Shown here one piece after another: positions 20,196 to 27,614 of a DNA stretch of 64,000 nucleotides (position 1 is the stretch's first letter; every line of letters starts with the position of its first letter). The notes beneath the pieces were generated by a model. It saw nothing but the letters and a program-made list of their open reading frames with translations, had not been told where the DNA came from and did no database searches. The stretch is from an uncultured Planctomycetia bacterium (GTDB lineage Bacteria > Planctomycetota > MHYJ01 > WSZJ01): the NCBI GenBank assembly GCA_963706735.1, contig CAVPNQ010000072.1, positions 4,932 through 68,931 of the forward strand, read 5' to 3'. A program made the position numbers and the translations under genes.

Positions 20196-21185
20196 CTACT
20201 TCGCTTCCAGCTTGACCAGTTCCTTCGTGACCATCGCGGGCGTCAGCGGCATGTAGCCGTCCTTCACCACGATCTCCTGGCCTTCCTTCGACAGCACGAA
20301 CCTCACGAACTCCCTCACCACCGGGTCCGGGCCCTTGGAGGGCACGTTCTCGACGTAGAGCATGAGGAAGCGCGCCAGGGGGTACTTGCCGTTCAGGCAG
20401 TTTTCGTAGGTCGGCTTGTAGACGTTCGCCTGGAAGGTTTTCGCGAGGGGCACGGCGCGGACACCCGGGGTGATGTACCCGATGCCGCCGTAGCCGATGC
20501 CGTACAGGTCCTCGGCGATGCCCTGCACCACCGCGGCGGTGCCGGGCTGCTCCTTGACGCTGGACTTGAAGTCGCCCTTGTAGAGCGCCTTCTCCTTGAA
20601 GTACCCGTAGGTGCCGCTCGCGCTGTTACGGCCGTAGAGGCTGATCGGCTTGTTCGCCCATTCGCCCGTCAGGCCCAGCTGGCCCCAGGTCGTGATGTCC
20701 TCGTGGTGCCCGCTCTTGCGGGTCTTCGAGAAGATCGCGTCCACGAGCTCGAGCGTCAGGTTCTGGACCGGGTTGTCCTTGTGCACCACGATCGCCAGCG
20801 CGTCGATCGCCATGTTCACGCCCGTCGGCTGGTAGCCCCACTTTGCGGCCACCGTGTCGATTTCCTCCGCCTTCATGGGGCGGCTCATCGGGCCGACGTT
20901 TGCCGTGCGGCTCGCCAGCGCCGGCGGCGCCGTCGCCGAACCCTTCGCCTCGACGCTGACGTTCACCTCCGGGTAGACCTTCTTGAACCCCTCGCCCCAC
21001 AGCGTGTCGAGGTTGGCGCACGAATCCGACCCGATGATGTTGACGTTGCCGCGGACCCCGTCGACCTTGGTGTAGGCCGCAATTGCGGGATCGACTTTCA
21101 CTTCCGTGCTGTCGGCCACGACCGCGACCGTCAGGGCCGCCGAACCGACGAGCGATGCCAGCCAGAAACGACCGTTGAAGTTCAT
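20196..21185 (-). CDS. pstS: Phosphate-binding protein PstS
   Basis: Signal peptide followed by the PBP fold motifs (…SASGTYGYF…, …GYGGIGY…). Confidence 0.9.
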   Translation of the reverse strand: MNFNGRFWLASLVGSAALTVAVVADSTEVKVDPAIAAYTKVDGVRGNVNIIGSDSCANLDTLWGEGFKKVYPEVNVSVEAKGSATAPPALASRTANVGPMSRPMKAEEIDTVAAKWGYQPTGVNMAIDALAIVVHKDNPVQNLTLELVDAIFSKTRKSGHHEDITTWGQLGLTGEWANKPISLYGRNSASGTYGYFKEKALYKGDFKSSVKEQPGTAAVVQGIAEDLYGIGYGGIGYITPGVRAVPLAKTFQANVYKPTYENCLNGKYPLARFLMLYVENVPSKGPDPVVREFVRFVLSKEGQEIVVKDGYMPLTPAMVTKELVKLEAK

Positions 21186-21224
21186 CGGGCTCTCCTTTTC
21201 CGTTTGTTGGTGAGCGGAAAGGTA

Positions 21225-21262
21225 GGAGAGCGGCTTAAAGGCCCGATGAGCGGCGGGTTAAG
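21225..21262 (-). promoter_or_regulatory. Candidate Pho-box-like repeats upstream of pstS
   Basis: Minus strand reads cTTAACccgccgctcatcgggccTTTAAGccgct, with TTAAC/TTTAAG cores spaced 22 nt (two helical turns). Confidence 0.2.
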
Positions 21263-21935
21263 GTCCGGTAAATTCGGCCCCCGGCTCAGGGCCGCAAACG
21301 GCTGCCAGCTGGCGGTCGTGCAGGCGCGACAGCGACACCTGCGCACACAGCGCCCCGATCAGCGCCAGGAACATGTCCCACTGTGAATCCCAGATGTCCC
21401 CCTGCGTCCCCAGGAACGCCTCCGCCGCCGTCCCCGTCGCCATCGCCGTCCACCACTCCAGGAACTCGTAGAACGCGCTGAATGCCAGGCACACCGACGT
21501 CACAAGGAAGAACAGCCACTTCCCCTGCCTCAGCGGCGACGTCCGCAGCAGCACTTCGCGCGCCAGGATCGCCGGCACGAACCCCTGCGCAAAATGCCCG
21601 AGCCGGTCGTAGTGGTTCCGCGACATGTGAAACAGGTCCCGCACCCAGTTTCCCGGCGGCACCTCCGCATACGTGTAGTGACCCCCCACCATCAGGATCA
21701 CCCCGTGCAGGAACAGCAGCACGTACAGGAGGGGGGTAAGCGGGAAGCGCTTCCAGGTCGCCATCAGCACCGGGGCCCCGATCAGGACCGGCCCGACTTC
21801 GAGGAACCACGTGAAGCGGTCCTTCGGCGCGATGCCGGACCAGACGAGGACAGCCAGCGTGGCCAGGAGCACGGCCACGGGCAATCGGGGACTCTGCTTC
21901 ACGCCGCGAAATGCTACCCGTAGACTCGAACGCAT
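21258..21935 (-). CDS. DUF2238 (YjdF-like) integral membrane protein
   Basis: Start taken at MRSSLRVAF. Multiple TM helices with …HFAQGFVPAILAREV… and …FYEFLEWWTAM…. The R/S-rich upstream part of the six-frame ORF is rejected. Confidence 0.6.
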   Translation of the reverse strand: MRSSLRVAFRGVKQSPRLPVAVLLATLAVLVWSGIAPKDRFTWFLEVGPVLIGAPVLMATWKRFPLTPLLYVLLFLHGVILMVGGHYTYAEVPPGNWVRDLFHMSRNHYDRLGHFAQGFVPAILAREVLLRTSPLRQGKWLFFLVTSVCLAFSAFYEFLEWWTAMATGTAAEAFLGTQGDIWDSQWDMFLALIGALCAQVSLSRLHDRQLAAVCGPEPGAEFTGP

Positions 21936-23802
21936 GAGCGGAAAATGGGAAGAGCGGTTCCGGGCGCGGAGCGTGTCGCCCGCGGAGGCGGTGAGGTGCG
22001 TGAAGCGCGGCAGCCGGGTGTTCGTGGGCTCGGGCTGCGCGGAGCCGGTGCTGCTGGTGGAGGCGCTGGGCGCGCGGCCGGACCTCGAGGACGTCGAGGT
22101 CATCCACATCATGACGGTCGGCCACGCGCCGTACGCGAAGGCCGAGCAGACGCGGCGCTTCCGCGCGAACGCCTTCTTCATCGGCTCGAACGTCCGCGAG
22201 GCGGTCGCGCACGGGGCGGCGGACTACACGCCGATCTTTCTTTCTGAGATCCCGGGGTTGTTCCGTTCGCGGCGGGCGCGGCTCGACGTCGCGCTCGTCT
22301 CGACGACGCTTCCCGACGCGCACGGGTTCGTCTCGCTCGGCGTCTCGGTGGACGTGGTGAAAGCGGCCGTCGAGTCCGCGGACATCGTCGTGGCCGAGGT
22401 CAATCCCACGATGCCCCGCACGCACGGCGCGAGCTTCGTCCACGTCTCGGACATCGACATGTTCGTGCGGAACGACGCCCCCATCCTCGAATCCGCTCCC
22501 GAGAAGCCCGACGCGATCGCGCTGGGAATCGGCCGCTTCTGCGCCAGCCTCATCGAGAACGGCGCCACGCTCCAGATGGGGATCGGCGACATCCCCAACG
22601 CGGTGCTCGCGAACCTGGGCGACAAGCAGGACATCGGCATCCACACGGAAATGTTCTCGGACGGCATCATCGAGCTGATCGAGAACGGGGTCATCACGGG
22701 GAAGCGCAAGACGCTCCATCCGAGAAAGGTCGTGACCTCGTTCTGCAAGGGCTCGCGCCGCCTGTACGACTACGTTCACGACAACCCGTTCTTCGAATTC
22801 CTCCCGAGCGAGTTCGTGAACGACCCCTTCGTGATCGCGAAGAACGACCGCATGGTCTCGATCAACTCCGCTCTCCAGGTCGACCTCACGGGGCAGGTCT
22901 GTGCCGACTCCATAGGCACGCGTTTTTACTCGGGCATCGGCGGGCAGGTCGACTTCATCCGCGGCGCCGCACGTTCGGCCGGCGGGCGGAGCATCATCGC
23001 GATCGAGTCCACGGCGAAGAAGGGGACCCTGTCGCGCATCGTCCCCACGCTCGCGGAGGGCGCCGGGGTGGTCACGACCCGCGGGGACGTCCACACGGTC
23101 CTCACGGAGTACGGGATTGCGGAGCTCAAGGGCCGCACGGTCCGGGAGCGCGCGCTTTCGCTGATCAGCATCGCCCACCCGGATTTCCGCGCGGAGCTCC
23201 TCGCCGCGGCACGCAACCGGCACATCGTGGCGGCGGACCAGGTGCCGTGGCCCGAGAAGGGCCGTCCGTATCCCGTCGAGCTGGAGGCGCGCGAGCGTTT
23301 CGGCGACTCCGACGTCTTCTTCCGTCCCTTGCGCCCGGCGGACGAACGCCTCCTGCGGGCGTTCTTCTACTCCCACTCGCCCGAGACGGTTTACCAGCGC
23401 TACGGCGCCCCGCTGAAATCCCTGACGCCCCAGCAGATCCAGGACCAGTGCGCGCTCGACTACGACGCGGAAATCGCCCTCGCGGGGTTCGTGAGCGACG
23501 GCGAAGGCGAGCGCATCGTCGCCCTGGGCCGCTACGAGCTCGACCGCGCTTCCGGCTTCGCCGAAATCACCTTCACCGTCTCCGAGTCCTTCCAGGGGCG
23601 CGGCCTCGGCACCTGGCTCTTCAAGCGTCTCTGCCGCGTCGCCCGCGAAAGGGGCATCCGCGGATTCACGGGCACCGTGCTGGCCGAAAACGTGAAGATG
23701 ATGGGAATCTTCCACAAGAGCGGCGAGCCCGTCGAATCCCGCCTGGACGGAGGGAAGTACCGCGTGACCGTGAAATTCGGCGAAAAACCCCCTCCCGGGT
23801 AG
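21934..23802 (+). CDS. Acetyl-CoA hydrolase/transferase (4-hydroxybutyrate CoA-transferase-like) fused to a C-terminal GNAT N-acetyltransferase domain
   Basis: N-terminal 430 aa carry the CoA-transferase signatures (…GSGCAEP…, …IGIHTEMFSDG…, …GGQVDF…). C-terminal ~180 aa is GNAT (…QGRGLGTWLFKRL…). Start codon overlaps the divergent DUF2238 start by 2 nt. Confidence 0.8.
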   Translation: MSGKWEERFRARSVSPAEAVRCVKRGSRVFVGSGCAEPVLLVEALGARPDLEDVEVIHIMTVGHAPYAKAEQTRRFRANAFFIGSNVREAVAHGAADYTPIFLSEIPGLFRSRRARLDVALVSTTLPDAHGFVSLGVSVDVVKAAVESADIVVAEVNPTMPRTHGASFVHVSDIDMFVRNDAPILESAPEKPDAIALGIGRFCASLIENGATLQMGIGDIPNAVLANLGDKQDIGIHTEMFSDGIIELIENGVITGKRKTLHPRKVVTSFCKGSRRLYDYVHDNPFFEFLPSEFVNDPFVIAKNDRMVSINSALQVDLTGQVCADSIGTRFYSGIGGQVDFIRGAARSAGGRSIIAIESTAKKGTLSRIVPTLAEGAGVVTTRGDVHTVLTEYGIAELKGRTVRERALSLISIAHPDFRAELLAAARNRHIVAADQVPWPEKGRPYPVELEARERFGDSDVFFRPLRPADERLLRAFFYSHSPETVYQRYGAPLKSLTPQQIQDQCALDYDAEIALAGFVSDGEGERIVALGRYELDRASGFAEITFTVSESFQGRGLGTWLFKRLCRVARERGIRGFTGTVLAENVKMMGIFHKSGEPVESRLDGGKYRVTVKFGEKPPPG

Positions 23803-23868
23803 TTCGCGAGTTTCCGCCGGCTCTGCTAGATTCCGGGTTCGAGCCCCATTCCCGTGGAGTTCCCGCGC

Positions 23869-24732
23869 ATGAAGCACCTCCTGTCCCGGATGAGCCTTGC
23901 CCTCGCCATCGCGGCCTTCGCCGGCGACGCTTCCGCCCAGCTCGTGACCGAGAACGCCGGAGTGGTGTCACCGGAGACGCCGATGGCGCGGCTGACGATC
24001 CGGGGAAGCCAGTGGCGGCACGTGGACGAGGCGCAGGCGGTCGGGGAGTTTCGTTACTCCTTCCACCCGAGGTTCGAGGGCGCGGCATTTGTCCCGCTCA
24101 TCACGCGCCGCTTCGAGCTCGGAGGCGACCACGAACGCATCACCGGCATCGGCGACGTCGCGGTGCAGGGCAAGGTCAACATCCTCAAACAGGACGCCGT
24201 CATGTCCTCGATGCGCGCGGCGGTGTTCGGCGGAATCGAGTTCCCGACCGGCGAGTGGGACGACACCATCGGGAATGCCACTTTGCCGTATACGCGCAAA
24301 CTGCAGCTGGGAAGCGGGACGTTCGACTTCAAGCTGGGCGCGGTCTTCACGTACATCGCCGACCGGCACCGCTTCTCCATCGACGCCTGGGGGCAGGCGA
24401 GCACGTCGCGCGGCGAGGTCAGCCCGGGGCCGATCATTCGCGTTGACGCCTCGTACTGGTTCCGTCTGTTTCCGGCAGTTTTCGAGCCGGGGGAGGCGGG
24501 AATGGAACTCCGGCTGGTGGTGGACGCGTGGTACCTGCACCGCTATCACACGCGCGGCGAATCGGTCGATGACAGTGCCGACCAGGTCTGGGTCGCGCCC
24601 GGCGTGCAGTTCCACGTGACGAAGTGGCTGACCCTGGAAGCGAGCATCGGTTTCAATCTCGCCGACAGCTCCGACGACGAGTACGGCCGGGCGCAATGGA
24701 CCGGGTTCGTGGCGGCCAGCATCCACTTTTGA
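23869..24732 (+). CDS. Outer-membrane beta-barrel protein (~290 aa; MetA/phenol-degradation-like transporter family candidate)
   Basis: Signal peptide MKHLLSRMSLALAIAAFAGDASA. Alternating beta-strand pattern. C-terminal …AASIHF. Confidence 0.6.
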   Translation: MKHLLSRMSLALAIAAFAGDASAQLVTENAGVVSPETPMARLTIRGSQWRHVDEAQAVGEFRYSFHPRFEGAAFVPLITRRFELGGDHERITGIGDVAVQGKVNILKQDAVMSSMRAAVFGGIEFPTGEWDDTIGNATLPYTRKLQLGSGTFDFKLGAVFTYIADRHRFSIDAWGQASTSRGEVSPGPIIRVDASYWFRLFPAVFEPGEAGMELRLVVDAWYLHRYHTRGESVDDSADQVWVAPGVQFHVTKWLTLEASIGFNLADSSDDEYGRAQWTGFVAASIHF

Positions 24733-24743
24733 CCGGAGGTCCC

Positions 24744-25187
24744 GTGCGTCGCGCGACGTACTTTGCCCTCCTCCTCTCCGGTTGCGCCGTGGCGCCGCCC
24801 GCGCCGGTCACGGCCCCGGCGGAGGGACTGCTTCGGATGATCGTCGAGGTCTCCGGGATGGAGTGAAGTCCCTGAGTGAAGGGCGTCGAGGACGCCCTGG
24901 GACGCCTGGATGGCGTCGCGGCCGTGACGGTGGATCTGCAGGCAGGGCGGGCGACGGTCACGCCGAGGGTCGGGGCGCGCATCGAACCCGAAGTCGTATT
25001 TGCAGCCCTGCGGAACGCGGGTTTCCGTCCCGACGCGGTGAACATCGAGGCGACCGGAGAGATCAGGCGGAGCAACGGCGTGGCAAGGCTGTTCCTGCCC
25101 GGGCAGCCCGACGCCTGGATTGCCGTGCCCGAACCGGCTCCCCCCGACGGGCAGGCCCGCATCGAGCTGCGGATCACGCCGCGCTAG
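24744..25187 (+). CDS. Periplasmic HMA (heavy-metal-associated) domain lipoprotein with two in-frame TGA codons at the CxxC positions (candidate UxxU selenoprotein, or a pseudogene)
   Basis: GGAGG then GTG start. Lipoprotein signal MRRATYFALLLSGC. One continuous frame from 24744 to 25187, interrupted only by TGA at 24864-24866 and 24873-24875, reads …VEVSGME-U-SP-U-VKGVEDALGRLDGVAAVTVDL…. This matches the HMA consensus GMxCxxCxxxVExAL with both Cys replaced by TGA. A 8-bp hairpin (24880-24898) follows. Confidence 0.5.
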
Positions 25188-25540
25188 CTGCCGAACCGCG
25201 CCGCGTACGCCTGCTTCGCTTCTCCCATGAACGCCTGAAGCGCGAGCAAGCGCAGGATGCCGCCCTTCGCGCGTACGGCGCCGGTCGCCGCGGCCTGCGC
25301 GGGGGGCAGCCGGCCGGAAAGGAGCTCGTGCGCCGCGGCGACGGTGAGGGTCAGCTCGACGCCGGGTTGGGCGTGCTCGTCCCCGGATACGGAGAAGGGC
25401 TCGAGCGAGAGATCCAGCACCACGAAGGATGCCGGCGCCAGCAGCCGGAACTGCAGCACGACGCCGGACTTCTTCGCCGCGGCGCGGGCGTCCGCGCTCG
25501 CCTTCAGGTCCTCGAACAGGGCGATGAACTCGGCGCTCAT
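25184..25540 (-). CDS. SCP2 sterol-carrier-like domain protein (118 aa)
   Basis: MSAEFIALFEDLK…LLSGRL…GGILRLLALQAF carries the SCP2 pattern. ATG overlaps the cysS stop. Confidence 0.65.
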   Translation of the reverse strand: MSAEFIALFEDLKASADARAAAKKSGVVLQFRLLAPASFVVLDLSLEPFSVSGDEHAQPGVELTLTVAAAHELLSGRLPPAQAAATGAVRAKGGILRLLALQAFMGEAKQAYAARFGS

Positions 25541-26946
25541 CTGCGGGACCGCCGGGGGCGCTGTCCGCGCGGCGAGTCCTCGATCACCACGCCCTTCGCC
25601 TCCAGCTCCTTGCGGAGCCGGTCGCTCTCGGGCCAGTTCTTGGAAGCGCGGGCCGTCGCGCGCGCGTCGATCAGCTTCTGCTCGTCGTCCGTGAACACGT
25701 CCGGCGGCGCGCTCCCGATGTTGAACACCGTGTCGAGCTTGTCGAACGCGTCCCTCACGTAGATCGCCGCCGCAGGGTCCGGGTCGAGCCGGTTGACCTC
25801 GCGCGCCATCGTGAAGAGCGCCGCGGTCGCCTCGGAGACGTTCAGGTCGTCGTCCATCCCCTTCTCGAAATCCTTCCGGGCCTTCTCGACGATCGGCTTG
25901 ACCGCATCCAGCGGCGCCTTGCCGTGCGCGTCCGACAGCCGCCGACGGAACTCGATCAGCTTGTCCACGGACCCCTGCGCCGCCTGCATCCCTTCCCACG
26001 AGAAGTTCATCTGCTGCCGGTAGTGCGACGTGGCGAGGCCCCAGCGGAGCGCGGGCGCCGAGACGCCGTGCTTGAAGACGTCCTCGACGGTGTAGAAGTT
26101 GCCCTTCGACTTGGACATCTTCTCCCCGTCGACGAGCAGGAAGCGCGCATGCATCCACATGTTGCAGAACGGCTTGCCGTTGGCGGCCTCGCTCTGCGCG
26201 ATTTCGCATTCGTGGTGCGGGAAGATGTTGTCCTCGCCGCCCGTGTGGATGTCGAGCGTCTCGCCGAGGAACTTCATCGCCATCGCGGAGCACTCGATGT
26301 GCCAGCCGGGGAAGCCGCGTCCCCAGGGCGAGTCCCACTGCATGATGTGCTTCGGGTCGTGCTTCCAGAGCGCGAAATCGCGCGGGTCCTTCTTGTCGGG
26401 GTGCGGCTCGATGCGCGCGCCCGACTCGAGATCGTCGAGGAGGTTCCCCGAGAGCTGCCCGTACTTCGGGAACGTCGCGACGGAGAAGTACACGTTGTTC
26501 CCCACGACGTACGCATTCCCCTTCGCGACCAGCTTCTCGATGATCGCGATCATCTCCGGGATGTGTTCCGTCGCCTTCGGGTGCGCCAGCGCGTCCGCGA
26601 ACCCGAGCTGCTTGCGCAGGTCGAGGAAGATCCCCCCATAGTGCGCCGCGATCTGCCAGGGGTCCTTCTTCTCCTTCCTGGCCTGCGCTTCCATCTTGTC
26701 CTCGCCGTCGTCCGCATCCGCCGTGATGTGGCCCACGTCGGTGATGTTCATCACCTGCTTCACCTCGTACCCGCGGTACTCGAGGTAGCGCCTCAGCACG
26801 TCCGCGAACGCGAACGACCGGAAGTTCCCGATGTGCGGGTACGAGTACACCGTCGGCCCGCAGTTGTACATGCGGACCACGCCCTTTTCCTGGGGGACGA
26901 ACTCTTCCTTGTGCTTGGTCAGCGTGTTGTAGAACTGGATCGCCAC
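25537..26946 (-). CDS. cysS: Cysteinyl-tRNA synthetase
   Basis: HIGH motif (PHIGN), zinc-binding and KMSKS motifs. Size 469 aa. Confidence 0.95.
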   Translation of the reverse strand: MAIQFYNTLTKHKEEFVPQEKGVVRMYNCGPTVYSYPHIGNFRSFAFADVLRRYLEYRGYEVKQVMNITDVGHITADADDGEDKMEAQARKEKKDPWQIAAHYGGIFLDLRKQLGFADALAHPKATEHIPEMIAIIEKLVAKGNAYVVGNNVYFSVATFPKYGQLSGNLLDDLESGARIEPHPDKKDPRDFALWKHDPKHIMQWDSPWGRGFPGWHIECSAMAMKFLGETLDIHTGGEDNIFPHHECEIAQSEAANGKPFCNMWMHARFLLVDGEKMSKSKGNFYTVEDVFKHGVSAPALRWGLATSHYRQQMNFSWEGMQAAQGSVDKLIEFRRRLSDAHGKAPLDAVKPIVEKARKDFEKGMDDDLNVSEATAALFTMAREVNRLDPDPAAAIYVRDAFDKLDTVFNIGSAPPDVFTDDEQKLIDARATARASKNWPESDRLRKELEAKGVVIEDSPRGQRPRRSRR

Positions 26947-27058
26947 GGGTGTCTCCGGGTGTTCATCGCTCTGTGGGAAGCGGCGGTTCGGCGAAGGTAG
27001 CCGAAAGGGGCGGGGAATTGAAGAAGCGGCGGGTGGGCCGCAGCGGTGACGCAGACTC

Positions 27059-27574
27059 TCAGGACCGCCCGCGGGGCTTCTTCACGGGCCTGGGCGTTTC
27101 TTCGAGAACGACCAGCACCTGCGCTGCGATCGCCTCGCCCGCGCCGATGGCGCCGAGGCCCTCCATCGTCTTCGCCTTCACGCAGGCCGCCGTTTTCGGG
27201 ATCCCGAGCAGCCGCGCGAGTTCCGCTGCCAGCTCCGGCTTGCGCTTCTTCAGCTTCGGCAGCTCCAGGAACACGGTCGCGTCCACCTGCGCCGGCTTCC
27301 AGCCCTTCGCCGCCACGAGTGCGAGTGCTTTCCTGACGAAGACCTCGCCAGCGGTGCCCTTCCATTTCGGGTCGGTATCGGGAAAGTGATCGCCGATGTC
27401 GCCGAGCGCCGCGGCGCCGAGGAGGGCGTCCACGAGGGCGTGGAGGAGGACATCGCCGTCGGAATGCCCCGACGGGCCGCGCGGGTGGTCGAACGTGAGC
27501 CCGCCGAGGATGAACGGCCGTCCGGGGACGAGGCGGTGGATGTCGAAGCCGAGGCCGTGGCGCATGGGCGTCAC
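27059..27574 (-). CDS. ispF: 2-C-methyl-D-erythritol 2,4-cyclodiphosphate synthase
   Basis: GFDIHRL…GHSDGDVLLHAL…DIG motifs. Size 171 aa. Confidence 0.9.
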   Translation of the reverse strand: MTPMRHGLGFDIHRLVPGRPFILGGLTFDHPRGPSGHSDGDVLLHALVDALLGAAALGDIGDHFPDTDPKWKGTAGEVFVRKALALVAAKGWKPAQVDATVFLELPKLKKRKPELAAELARLLGIPKTAACVKAKTMEGLGAIGAGEAIAAQVLVVLEETPRPVKKPRGRS

Positions 27575-27614
27575 ATTAATCCGCGCAGCGTACGAAGGCG
27601 GAGGGAAATCGGGG

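Noticed and set aside
16468-20215. Long plus-strand ORFs (493 and 671 aa) antisense to pstA/pstC
   Set aside because: D/G/R/E-rich low complexity. pstA/pstC permease motifs are on the other strand.
23821-23845. tRNA-like T-arm motif (cgGGTTCGAGCCCc) that might mark a tRNA gene or an integrase att site
   Set aside because: Only a 3-4-bp T-stem is possible. No acceptor, D or anticodon arms can be drawn. The required 5' part would lie inside the upstream coding sequence.
21286-23877. 863-aa minus-strand ORF antisense to the CoA-transferase::GNAT gene
   Set aside because: Low-complexity R/A/G-rich translation. The sense frame has clear family motifs.
23247-24446. 399-aa plus ORF spanning the end of the GNAT fusion and the OM barrel gene
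   Set aside because: R/P-rich out-of-frame shadow. Overlaps two supported genes.
24864-24875. Possibility that the two TGAs in the HMA gene indicate an alternative genetic code (TGA = Trp/Gly)
   Set aside because: Many well-supported genes in the window (for example at 1989, 3333, 12188, 40558) terminate with TGA. A reassigned code would extend them implausibly. Sec recoding or pseudogenisation remain the options.
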